Assembly: GCA_010909165.1 (NCBI GenBank)
Contig: MU008159.1
Span: 310,001 to 374,000 of the forward strand
Direction of reading: 5' to 3'
Source: Anthoceros angustus
Taxonomy: Eukaryota > Plantae > Anthocerotophyta
DNA length: 64,000 nt
Position numbers and translations under genes: made by a program. Positions 21,418 to 34,387 of the stretch are shown here, piece by piece. Each line of letters begins with the position of its first letter. Within the stretch, counting starts at the first letter, position 1. A model generated the notes under the pieces. That model did not search any database, was not told where the DNA came from, and worked only from the letters and a program-made list of their open reading frames with translations.

Positions 21418-24340
21418 ATGTCGGCGACAGGCGCACATCCTGCGGCGGTTATGCCAAGGTCGCTCCCACGCCAGAGGGGCAGGCCGAGGAAGAAGGGCGG
21501 CCCAACAATCCCACCAGCGGACGCACGGGATGAGTCGCAACAACCAGAAATTCAGCGATGTGGCCCAGGAGCATCATACCTGCAGGAGGCTCTCCGGTGT
21601 CAGCTCGAGGAGCGCACTGTAAATCTGGAGGGAACCTGCGAGGACATGTCCGAGACCTTGGTCTCACAAGGACATCGGATGCAAGCAGTGGAGCAATCTC
21701 TGGAAAGAGTGGAGTCTCGCTGGGAAGAGGGCCAGTCGCGTTTGGAGAACCAGCTGCGAGGTGTGCTACAGGCATTGGGTCAGCCGCCACCTAATCTAGC
21801 ACCCGCGCCCGTTCTAGATGGTTTAGACACATCCCAACCGGCTGACGCCGACGCCCACATGCGATCCACGGGCGTGGCGCACCCACACATGTGCACGATC
21901 GAGCGAGTAAGGAGAAGAGGCGTTAAACAAGCTGTACCAACCCGTAGCATGGAGGAAGGTGACATACGCAGGTTGGCGGTTGAGCTCTTACCAGGAGAGG
22001 GCGAGAACAAGGACATCAAGGCCTTGGTTCGTCGACTTCAGCTGCTAAGGTATGAGCATTGGGAGGCCCAGAAGGGTAAGGCCTACCAGGACCAGATGGA
22101 GCAGCAGGACGAACCTATCATCCGACCTCGAGGTCAGCTGGACAAAGAGCTTCAAAGAAAAATCAGGACAACAACGTTCAGCAGGCGAGGAAGGGCCGAG
22201 TCGTTCTGGCGGTTGGATAAATTGGATAAGTACCTCAATGCCACGGAGAAGGACGATGTCTGAGATTGATTGGCGTGATGTCTCTCGAGGTTACGCTATA
22301 TAGGTGGTGGAGGCAAAGGAACATCAAGTGGAGCGGGGATGGAAACCCCAATTTTCACTTGGGCTACCTTCAGCCATAAATTCCTTGAGAATTTCCTCCC
22401 TGTCAACCACCAACGGGAACTCTATCATCGATTACGGAAAATCCAACAAAAGCAGCCTTTATCCGGGAATCTGCGGCGGTTCTTGCCTGCGATATGCCCG
22501 GTTGACCGAAGCGAGAGATTGGCGTTTTCATTGATGGGTTGAAATGCGATTTGGCGATGTGAATCGAGACTAATCCGATCGTTGGCGATGCTATGAGGAG
22601 CGATCAACTATGGGAGCAATAAGTACAAGCACACGAACACATCCAACCCAACCAAGCGGTGGGGTCAAGTAGCAGCGGTGAAAAAACCAGTCTTCAAGAT
22701 CCTAGCGGACGAGGAAAAAAGGTACCATGAGAAGCACATGTGCTTCACATGTATCTCGACCGAATCTGTCTAGAGCCCCTACGCAGGAATTCATCAGTGG
22801 CTGAAGCAGTCGGACCACCCATTCCCTCCTAGGGCCACCGTCAAGAGTGGGCATTCTGACGGTGATAGAGGTTGTGGAACCCCAAAAATCGATGGCGTCG
22901 TCCGACAAGTTGTGTCTTGGCTGCGATAGTCAGATGCGCAACCTAGAACACGTGCCGATCAAAGCGGTAAGTATAAATGGTATGGCGAGTCTCTTGGACT
23001 CGGAGCGATCATCACTCGATCGGCGGTGAGAAGGCGGGATTGCTAATCAAAGACACCGGACACACCCACGATGGTTCTGACCCTCAATGGGCGTGATACG
23101 TGTCGAACAATGTGCGAGAGTTACCTTTCTGGCGGTCATTGCATTTCATTTTCATGCCACACTTTGTCACGACACGATAATTGGCAAGCCATGGCTGGCC
23201 AAGCACTCCCATCGATTGTCGATATGGTGGACAAACAACATAGTCAGATTGAGCACGGATCGGCCGGCATGTAATGAAGGGAGACAAGTATGTCCCGACA
23301 AACACTTATTTGCGATGTCACTCGAATAAAGCCACCACCCCATGGAGGTTTTTGTATGTGGCGAAGCTCAAAAAGTCTTGCCTTTAGAAGGCACGCGAGA
23401 ATCTAGGCGGCAAAAGCTAAGGAGGACGAGGCGCCCTACCCCGAGATGAAGGACTTCTTTGGGCGGTTTCAAGGATGTATTTGAGACACCTACTGAGTTA
23501 CCTCCACGCGATCATGCCCAGACACCGGCCACACAGCCCAGCATACCACCATACAGGGGCTTGACATCCGAGGAGCAAAGAGATTAAGAGGTGTGGATGA
23601 ATTCTTACAACAAGGTTTTGTCCGGCCTTCAGTCTCCCCCTTTGGTGCGCCTGTATTGCTGGTAGGTAAGCCAAATGGAGGATGGAGATTATGTATCGAT
23701 TAGAGGGGCTTGAACAGGGCTACTGTGAGGAATGTGTATCAAATGCCCAGAATTGACGAAATCTTAGATCAGTTGCATGGGGCCAGATACTTTACCAAGA
23801 TAGATCTCGCCCGGCTTTCCGATCGATCCGGATCCGAAGGTGACGAGTAAACTGCTTCAACCTCGACCACCACTTCAATTCATGTGATGCCGCTCGGTTC
23901 ACTAACGCACCCACTTTTCGGCTCGATGCTGAAATACTACGCCCTCTCCTTGGTCGGTGTCGAGGTGTTCCCATATGTCCCTGATCTACACATCGATCAG
24001 GCCACTATGAGTGAGGAAAGTCTTCGAACTTCTAAAAACTACCGCAGCAAAACGCAGCTAGTGTGCTTTCATGAAGAAAGAGTGAGTACAATTCACCTTA
24101 TCACCGAGGGTATAAAAGTTGACACGCAAGATCCAAGCTATATCGAATGGACACCACATGTGATATCACCCACTGGGGCTTCCGAATGGCTTTTTACGCA
24201 GATTCATCGTGACTTCAAAGAAATACCGTGCCCTCGACCGATGCCCTCACTACCAAGAAATGGACGTTAGGTAAGGAAGATGAACAAGCATTCACAACAC
24301 TCAAACTTGCTTCCGGTTCCTCCTATTCTAGCTAGCCAAC
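21418..24340 (+). pseudogene. Ty3/gypsy gag-protease-RT, degenerate and 3'-truncated
   Basis: 281-aa gag ORF then FTWATFSHKFLENFLPVNHQRELYHRLRKIQQ, CFTC knuckle start, [40 protein letters not shown] and MPRIDEILDQLHGARYFTKIDL. Confidence 0.85.
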
Positions 24341-27300
24341 GAAATTACCTTACCACACACGATATGTGGGGACCACATGGGTACTGCAGACTCGAAAAGG
24401 AGTGTTTTTTTGTTTTGTGTTTGTTGTGAGAATCGTGTGGAGTTGGAATGTAGTAGGTTAGGAATAAGAAAAGTCTACTAGGGCCTAGTAGGAGGAAGAG
24501 AGTCTAGTCCTCGATCTCGATGTAACCTCGCAGGTTACTCGACCCGTTGCTAAGCGGTTGCTAGGGCTGCTAACAGGACTGTTGCTATGGATGCAACCGG
24601 CTCGGAGCTTTGTTGCTATGGTAGCAACCAAGTCGAGAGTTATTTTCCGATAAATTGAAAACCTATTTGGGCGAAATCACGGAAATGACGGAAGTAGCGG
24701 GGTCCTATTAGCAATTAAGTCGGCGGGAAGTGACAAGGAGTATCTTCTGCGAATCCAGCAGAAGCGGCACTAGCTGAATCTCGAGTGTGACCGTGGTTGA
24801 GACCCGAGCGGGCCGGGTCCACGGCGCGGTGTCACGTGTCGCGAGGTACCAGCGACAAGCGCTCGGAAGAATTTGGTGGCCGAGTACTTGCAGCTCGGGA
24901 GGATCGGGTGCGGGAAGCCGGAAGCCGTATATCTTGAGCCGTGGCGGCACCAAGCTACTTCGGTGGAAAGAGCCGAGGTGGAGCAAATTCCAAGCATGAA
25001 GGTCCGGTGGAGAGCCCAAGATGCAGTGTTGGGCAATCGGAATGGCGAGCGCGGGCCGCAAGTTACGCCCCAGCGAGTGGGAAGTAATGGCCATGCAGCT
25101 CCTGGAGGAGGCGGGCGGTTGTCTCGTGCCGCAAGAAGTTGGGAAGAGCACGGTGAATTGGATAGGGCCGGTGAAGTGGTGGGCCGCAAGATTGGTGGAA
25201 AAGTGGGGTGTGGTCGGGCATGACCGGTGGCACGCACTGAGAAGCTCGAGGAATGTCTCCGAAAACATAGTGATTCTTGTAACTAGGGAAGCGGGGAACA
25301 TGGTGTGGGAGGGAAAACCCCGGGGCTCCCGTGGCTTCCCCCTCTAGCGGCCACACTTATCCCACTGTCGCTTCGTACGTTGGGTTTCGTCCCATGAGAC
25401 TTGTGTGAAAGTTCGAGGTCTTGTGATAACCGATCGCTACCTGCAGTGACACACTTCTCAGCCTTCTAAACAAGCAAGGCGCCCTCTACTCTCCCTCTCA
25501 CAGCAGCTGCACCACTTGCACTGCTCCGAAAAATCACCAATCCTCGACCTACAACGACACAACACAATTGCAGGTCACGCCTTAGCGGGAGCCTATCACG
25601 CAGGCGCCGAGGACCCCCGATCCACCGCAATTTCGTCCCTACTTCTAAGACCACTCTTCTCCACTCGGGGCGCCACTTGCAGTTGGGATTCGTCCCTTAG
25701 GCTCGCACTGTGGCCTTCCACTAACACCTACGCTCTATTCCTCTACTCAACTCCTCATCCTCTTCCTCCTATTCTAACCTCAATTGGGCTTCGGCGCTCG
25801 CCTCCTTACTTGCACAGTCGGCCTCCACCAGCAAGTTCTTCCTTGGGCCGGTTGCTATGAGTTTGACACCAGACAGCGAGAACCTCCAGGGAGTCTTTCC
25901 CTGTAGTCTACCCTCAAGCCGAGAGTTCCCTGGGCATTGCCACACACCCAAAGCAAAGCAATTTCACAGCAACCATTCACAAGGGGAGCAACTCGTTTAG
26001 GCACTTGCAGTGAGCAAGCCCTCCACCAAGCACTCCGACCACCGCGACTTCCTCTCTACCAGACGCTGCGTTGGCTCACAGCCGGCACGAAATTCCTTTA
26101 CAAGGGCAAAGGACTCGCGAGTATGGAAGCGCAAGACGTGATACTTTACTTTGTGAAATCCTCCTCCTCTTATAGGAGGCCTCCCACATACAACCTCCCT
26201 TGGGTGACCCTACTGCAGGTCACCTTTTCCAATATTCTATTATTTCCTACCGCCAGCATTTAAGGCCTGGCAATCTACGTCTACTGTCTGATTCCGAGTA
26301 AATTCTATTCTAGCAAAGTCACCTAAGTTCATCCTTGGAGGATGTCAGCTTACGTTACCTGTCCTTTCTATTCTTCCATCTAACATTTATGGTCTTTGAC
26401 CATATCTAGTCCTCACCTTGCTGGGATAGTGACGCGTTCGTTGTGGATTGGCTCCCTCGCCCTCCTTTTGCTCTTGCCCCTGCCCAGTCCTTGTCATCTT
26501 CCTAATGTGTGGGGCAAGTACAATCTTGCCCCTTCCTTCAACCCCGCGGGGCGGCGCCCTGATTTCTCTTGTCATGTGGGTAATTGCGCCTCCTCCGCTC
26601 AGCCTTCTTCTATCCCCGCCGCGCTCAGCCTTTCTTCTGTGATCGGCGGAGACCTGGGGTAGGGGCGACTACCATGGTAGTCTGGTCCCTATCTCCTTCT
26701 TCTTCTTCCTCTCCATCGGCGATGTCTCCTGGGGGTGAGTTCCTCTTTGCTCCTTCCTTGCTGTTTGGTTTGTCCATACCTATCATGGAGCATGTTCTTC
26801 AAAGGATCTTCCCCCATTTGCTGACCGATGTTGCCACTAACTCCTTCGGGCCTTCTTCGCGTTGGTCTCCTCTCCTGGCCCTGGCTCCTCCCTTATCCGT
26901 GGGGTGAGGGAATTTCTTACCCCTCCCCCTTCCTCGACGGGTCGGACCCCGTCCTTAGTCTCTTCTGGTGGGGTTGTCTCCCCCACTACCTCAGCGGCTC
27001 CTCCGAGGGGTATACTACCGGACCCCCCGGCTCCTTCATCCTCAGCCAGGCCTCCGCGGCCCGACTCCCCAACAGTCTCGGTGCCCATGAGCACTGCCTA
27101 CTCCTAGTCCGCGGACTACGGCGTGTGTGGTTGTCCCCACGGTAGTCAGACTACCATGGTAGGCTGTCACCCCTCTGGTGGTCGACCCCAGAGGACCATC
27201 CCCCTCCTTGCTCTCCGCGCCATCTTCCACCCTTGGCCCACCATCTCCTCGTCTCCCTCCTGACTCCTAGTCCATGTCGCTTGTGGCCTCATCAAAATCC

Positions 27301-28467
27301 GAGGCCTCCGGCTGCACCTGTTGCAGCTCCTTCCTGTCATCATCATGCGGTTAGTTCTCCCACCTTCACATGGAGGCTCACGTTTTCTTCCCTCACTTCT
27401 CGTAGCTGGTTGGTCATCTTTGCCTGAAGTTTCAATATAATTGAAAATATGCAGAATGTTTTTAATATAAATTGATTGAACTACATTTTCTTGATATATG
27501 TGTGTATATATGTTCATAAAAAGAACTCAATGTTTTAAACAACGCCAGAACGATGCTATCCAAACGTAACCCTAATGAACCGGTGTGTAGGTATTTAACT
27601 TAACTTAACTACCAAAGCCCTAATCATTATTCCAAGACATATATCTTAATACTCCCACTTGTAATGATTCGGGCACGCTCTAGACATTTGGTACCCTCTC
27701 GCCTCCCGTGAACGCAGCAGGCCCAAGATACTCGATCGCTCCCAGCGCCACATAACACTTATGGAGAGTATACAAACCGGTGTGATGGCGGTAGAGTGCG
27801 CCGCACTTATAACCCCTGTTCTTGGTTTCAAGATTGCTCGGTGAGCTCATCACCAAAAGATCGAACACCGATTCTCCTTGCGCCACATGTCTTGATCCTC
27901 GATCACACACAGGCGCCGCCCACGTGATGCTCGGGGCGATTCGCGCCAAGGACAACTACCAAAGATATGAAGTTGCTTGATGCTCGGTAGAGGAAGGTTG
28001 GCGGCCGCAAGGAACAACGAAAAGCTTTGGGCGCGAGCGCAGCTGGTTGAAGCCAACATGGCTGGTCCTTCCATCAATCCCGGCGATCACTCCTCGAACG
28101 AGAGGAGAAGGAGGAGGTTATGCCCTTCATCGGTGCCTCGATGTCTCATATTACAAAGAACCCAGCGGGCGTGTGCTGTGAAGCTTAACCCACGATGAAG
28201 AACTCGATTGTGACTTACGTGAGTTTCCATGTTCTCCAATCGGTACAAAGCTTGGGTTGGCCTTGATGAGCTAACTATAAAGAGGGTGAAGGTTCTTCGC
28301 TGCAGATGCTTACGACACGTCGTCGGTGTATACGATGAAGTGTCTGCTCCTCTTTAGCTCTTTATTTCATTGCTGTTTCTTGTTCTTGACAATTGTTTAT
28401 ATCTCCCACTTGTTGGGTGCAGAGTCCACAAAGAAGATTAAGGAGGAAAGGAGGCTGGAGGATGAAG

Positions 28468-31400
28468 AGAAGGCTTTCGGTTCAAGAGTGAAGCCACACA
28501 AAAATCCGTCGACACCGATTTCAAGACGATCACAAGATGAGTCAACTCACGATGTTTTGATGGAGTTGGAATAGAGATTCGAGGATATTCACTCGATAGC
28601 TCTAACTCCTCGGGCTTTTAGGAATATTGTGTGTTACTCGGATAGGAGAGCTTGCTCTCCCATTCCCAAAGCTGCATGTGCTTGTGATGAGCTTCTTTGC
28701 TCAAAGCCTTTGTTAGTAAATCCGGGTCCGTGCCGGAACATATTGCAAATCTATTTTCCTTCCGTCACAAGCCCCTTATATAGTGGTATTCAACCTCCAC
28801 GTGTTTTGTACGTGCGTGAAACATCGGATTTCTTGCTAATGCCATTGAGCCCGATTGTCATGTGGATTGTTGTGCAAGTAGGTATCAATTCCTAATTCCT
28901 TGAACAAAAGCTTACACCACACTATTTCTTTTATTACTTCTTTGTCGGGACCTCGCCTCTGTTGAAGAAAGGGCAACGTTGGTTGCTTCTTACTAGACCA
29001 GCATACAGGCCCTCCAGCTGAAATGACATAGCCCTCGATTTTCTCTATGTCTCTGCATAGTCTCGATCATACCTCAAGATCTTGAGGCTTTCCTTTTTAT
29101 TCTTATAAGCTATGCCAATTTTGCTGTGTTGCTTAGAAGGCACGTTTCAAGTTTGTCCGTGTTCCTTCCGGGTTTTCCAAGAACTGAGAGCACACTGGTG
29201 GTATATGCAACTTCTAGTCTTGTAGTATTGCTTGCATATAGTTTGCCTACACCTTGCATAAGGAACTCCTGTCATTTGTCCTTGTCTTCTTGAGTTGAAG
29301 GTGACATGAGCTTGCTAAGTTTCGACCAAATGGCATAGGTGTTGATACAGTTTTGCATCCTTAAGACCTAGTTGCTCAAAGACAATCTAATAGGTAGCGG
29401 GTTGTGTTAGTGTCATTACACGAGTCCGCCTATTTCTTTGAACATGAATTCCTAGGAGCTCAGAAGGTCCTAGGCAATTCATTTTGAATTTTGTTGCTAA
29501 CACATGTTATACTTGTGATGAAGGTCGACTATTGATAAAATCAGTCATCAACGTAAACCGCCAAGTAGCATATGACATTCCTTTGAGGTAAATATACAAG
29601 CTACTATCTCGCTGACTCTTGGTGAACCCTAGCTCTAGCAATTCTTTTCTAGGGCTGCATTCCATTTCATGGTCGACATTTTAAGCCGTATAGACACTTG
29701 ATTAGTCTGCAAGCTTGGTGCTCTTTTCCTTTAACCACATATCCGGTGGTCAGCATGTAGATTTCAACATCTAACTTTACATATAGAAATGTTGTTTTCA
29801 CGTCATCTCTGGCTCATAGTTAAAGTGTGTGGATATGGCGGGATGATTCGAGTTGAAAGCTTGACCCGGAGAGAAAGTTTCAAGATAATCCAATCCAGGA
29901 TTTGGGAGAAGCCTCTTGCAACCAAGCGAGCTTTATACATCAAAGGTACCATCTGCTTACTTTCAGCTTGAAAACCCACTTACAAGTCACCATTTTTTAC
30001 CGAGGTAAGTCTACAAGCTCCATGTTCCATTTTCAATTAATGAGTCATACTCGGTGAATAGCCTTCTCCCACTCTTTGTGATCAGTCCTAAGTGCCTCCT
30101 CTCATATGATTGAGGTTCAATGGGATCAAGGGAAGAATTATCGGCATGAACGCCACATGAGAAGAAGGATTCACGTCCGGAGCTTGATAAAAGTCCGGAG
30201 GCGCCTATGACGAGTAGGATACCGCGGTTGGCAGAAACTTGATGATCGTCTTGAAGGTCGGTGCATTCGGTTTCAATGGGTGCAGCGTTCGTACAACTTG
30301 TTCGGAGGATGTTGGTCCCGTAAGTCCAGTCCTCATCGATTGTCAGTGCATTGATATGTGCGATTCTGCCTATGTCCTCAACATCAACCAACTCAAAACC
30401 AATGGATCTTCCCCTGCGAACAATGTCCTCCGGAGGAACAACCCTGTATGGATTGATCAAAAGAAGTGTCATCATCCATTGGGCGATGTCCGTCTTGAGC
30501 GCTCCCCGAGACCCAATTTTGGTTTTCATTGAAGGTAACACTCCTTGCATAAACAACTTTGTTCTTAGATACATCATAGAGCTTATAAGCTTTTAATTCC
30601 TTCCGTAGCCTAACATAAGTAGCTTTCGGCCTTATCAAACGACTTTTGCCTTTTCTCTTTAGGTATAAAAGCATATGCAACACATCCAAATGTGCAAGTG
30701 AAGAATAGAAGGCTTTCTCAGAGTGAAGCCACACCAAAAATCCGCCGCCGACACCGATTTCAAGACCGAGCATCAAGATGAGTCAACTCACACGATGTTT
30801 CTGTCGAGTTGGAATAGAGATTGTGATATTACCGATTCGATAGCTCTAACTCCTCGGGCTTTTAGGAATATTGTGTGTTACTCGAATCGGATAGGAGAGC
30901 TTGCCTCCCATTCCCAAACGCCGCATGTGCTTGTGATGAGCTTCTTTGCTCAAAGCCTTTGTTAGTATGTCCCGAGTTGTCCTGTGGAACATATTGCAAA
31001 TCTATTTTCCTTCCCCACAAGCCCCTTATATAGTGGTATTCAACCTCCACGTGTTTTGTACGCGTGAAACATCGGATTCTTGCTAATGCCATTGAGCCCC
31101 GATTGTCTGTGGATTGTTGTGCAAGTAGGTATCCGAATTCCTAATTCCTTGAACAAAAGCTTACACCACACTATTTCTTTGGTCAGACCCTAGACTACTG
31201 TTGAAGAAAGGGCAACTGCTGGTTGCTTCTTACTAGACCAGACAGTGCCCTCCAAGAATCGAAATGACATATTCGAACTGATTTTCACTTTGTCTCCCCG
31301 TGATAGTCTCGAGTCAGAATACCTCAAGATCTTGAGGCTTTCCTTTTATTCTTATAAGCTATGCCAATTTTCTTTTGTGTAACGGAAGGCACGTTTCAAG

Positions 31401-32978
31401 TTTGTCCGGTTCCTTCCGGGTTTTCCAAGAACTGTGAGCACACTGGTGGTATATGCAACTTCTAGTCTTGTAGTATTGCTTGCATATATCGCTTGTTTGC
31501 CTACACCTTGCCTGTAAGGAACTCGCCATTTGCTCCTTGTCTTCTTGAGTTGAAGGTGACATGAGCTTGCTAAGTTTCGACCAAATGGCATAGGTGTTGA
31601 TACAGTTTTTTGCATCCTTAAGACCTAGTTGCTCAAAGACAATCTAATAGGTAAGGGTTGTGTAGTGTCATTACACGAGTCTCGCCTATTTCTTTGAACA
31701 TGAATTCAGAGCTCAGAAGGTCCTAGGCAATTCATTTTGAATTTTGTTGCTAACACATCCGTTATACTTGTGATGAAGGTCCGACTATTGCTTGATAAAA
31801 TCAGTCAACGAAATCGCCAAGTAGCATATGACATTCCCTTTGAGGTAAATATACAAGCTACTATCTCGCTTGACTCTTGGTGAACCCTAGCTCTAGCAAT
31901 TGCTTTAGGGCTGCATTCCATTTCATGGTCAATCGTTTTTAAGTCAGAGACACTTGATTAGTCCGCAAGCTTGGTGCTCTTTTCCTTTAACCACATATCC
32001 GTGGGCTGCCGCATGTAGATTTCAACATCTAACTTTCCATATAGAAATGTTGTTTTCACGCCATACATCCTCAGCTCATAGTTAAAGTGTGGATATGGCG
32101 GGATGATTCTCGAGAGTTGAAAGCTTGACCAGGAGAGAAAGTTTCAAGATAATCCAATCCGTGGATTTGGGAGAAGCCTCTGCAACCAAGCGAGCTTTAT
32201 ACCGCCAAAGGTACCATCCGCTTACTTTCAGCTTGAAAACCCACTTACAAGTCACCATTTTTCCGCTCGGAGGTAAGTCTACAAGCTCCATGTTCCATTT
32301 TCAATTAATGAGTCATACTGAATCAATAGCCTTCTCCCACTCTTTGTGATCAGTCGCTAAGTGCCTCCTCATATGATTGAGGTTCAATGGGATCAAGGAA
32401 GAATTATCGCATGAACGCCACATGAGAAGAAGGATTCTCAAGTCCGGAGCTTGATAAAAGTCCGAGGCTGCCTATGACGAGTAGGATACCACGGATCGGT
32501 ACAAAGAGAAAACTTGATGATCGATCAAGGTCACCGATTCTCGCCCAACTGGTCTCTTGTGCACAACTTGTTCAGGAGGATGTTGGTCCCGTAAGTCCAG
32601 CTCCTCATGCCGATTGTCAGTGCATTGATATGCAGCTATGTCCTCAACATCAACCAACTCAAAACCACCGGATCTTCCCCACCGCAGAACAATGTCCTCC
32701 AGGAACAACGTGTGCTGATCGATTGATCAAAAGAAGTGTCATCATCCATTGGAGCGATGTCCACGCCTTGAACAGCCCCACGAGACCCAATTTTGGTTTT
32801 CATTGAAGGTAACACTCCTTGCATAAACAACTTTGTTCTTAGATACATCATAGAGCTTATAAGCCCTTCCGTGTAGCCTAACATAAGTAGCTCGGCCTTA
32901 TCAAACTTTTGCCTTTTCTCTTTAGGTATAAAAGCATATGCAACACATCCAAATGTGCGCAAGTGAAGAATAGAAGGC
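28468..32978 (+). repeat. Tandem duplication, ~2239-bp unit (28468-30706 / 30707-32978), covering copia RT-RNase H
   Basis: Two copies of RT/RH motifs; junction microhomology AGAAGGC. Confidence 0.95.
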
Positions 32979-34387
32979 CGCCTTGTGAAGGCTTCAAAAG
33001 GGGGTCAGCCTATGTAAGTAGTTGGCAACCGGTTTTTAAGATAAGTTGCGGTCATTATAGCTTCCGATGGCAATGGAAGTTGTGCTTGATATAACAAGAA
33101 TATGTCATTTCTTGGGTAAGATTAAGGCTCAACTCCGTTTTCTTGAGGAGTGTAAACTCACCGGCGACCAATTCCCTCGCCAGCGGAAGCACGAAATTCA
33201 TTGAGGTAAATTCTCCCGTTGTCGATCTTAAAGTTTTGAGTTGTTTTCCACCATCTTTCAGCATACTTGATGTATTCTCAAGTGTGAAACACTCACTTTC
33301 TCGCTTCAATATGTAGGTGGTGACAAACCTTGTCTTATCATCGATAAAAGTTAGGAAGTATCTACCACCTCCTATGGATTCTTGAGATAAAGGTCCACAG
33401 ATCATGTACTAGTTCTAGAACCTCGAGGCTCTATGTGGAGCCTTATTTCAAGGCTTCTTGATGCCTCTTTGAGAAAACACAAGACTCACAGAGTGATGCC
33501 AGTGCCCTATAGGCCCATCCTGGTAAGATTACTAAGAAGTTTCAAGTTTTTTGAATGTGAATGACCTAATCGCTATGCCACAACTTAACTTTTTCTCATT
33601 TGTGAGATCGATTGGCATCTTGTGTTAGATTGGAAGTTGGTACACTCATGCATATGGAGACGAAACAAATCTGTCTCGATGACCCATAGGCAAGTACTTT
33701 ATTGTGATTAAATGCATCCGATTGACTTGATTCGCATGTAAATAAATGTGACAATGATTGTCGATTGAGCTCGAAATCAAATTCAGTCATATGGAACATA
33801 GTAGACATCATATAATGTTAACACATGCCACGATGGTGGCGGTCTATTGTGCCACGACCGAGGAGACACTAGGGATCTATCATCACCTAGGTACACATAT
33901 CGATCCTTAAATGTTTTATATGTTTTGAATGATCCTTTATCAAAAGCAGATGTGCATACGCCCAGTCTAGATACCAATCTAACACAGTCTAATCTTTGTA
34001 TTCTTGTGAGGCTAGATACAAGAATGAACTTGTTACTGCTGGTTGTACCCGTTGAGGGAAGGGTCGGTTGTTTCTTCACACCACGTGAGTTTCAGCACTA
34101 GATGAACCTCCTTGCGAGGAAACACACTGCTTTTCCGACACTCCCGTTCCCAATGACGGGTAACTTACGATTCAGGTTGACTGTCCAGTTTTCCTTGGTT
34201 AGCTCCTTGTCCTTGTGAGCCACCACCCCTAGATGAGCTGCCTCTAAAACTGTTGTAGGGTCTTCCTCCACCACGTCCTCTGTTGGACGTGTAGAGTGCT
34301 TGTTGCTTGCCTGTTCTCCTATGAGATTGTTTTGTTGCTTCTTCTTGCAATAGTGCTCCAACTAATTCTGTAAATGTGGGTTCTGGC
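28468..34387 (-). pseudogene. Copia pol (protease, integrase, RT, RNase H), frameshifted
   Basis: ICGPLSQESIGGGRYFLTFIDDKTR (rve), RTFGCVAYAFIPKEKRQK, KWVFKLK..YKARLVA (RT), RTKHVEVEYHYIR (RNase H), TFTELVGALLQEEA (gag end). Confidence 0.9.

Noticed and set aside
24350-26400. Several ORFs of 100-200 aa and short GTTGCTA repeats
   Set aside because: No recognisable domain or boundary; probably degenerate transposon sequence, left unannotated.
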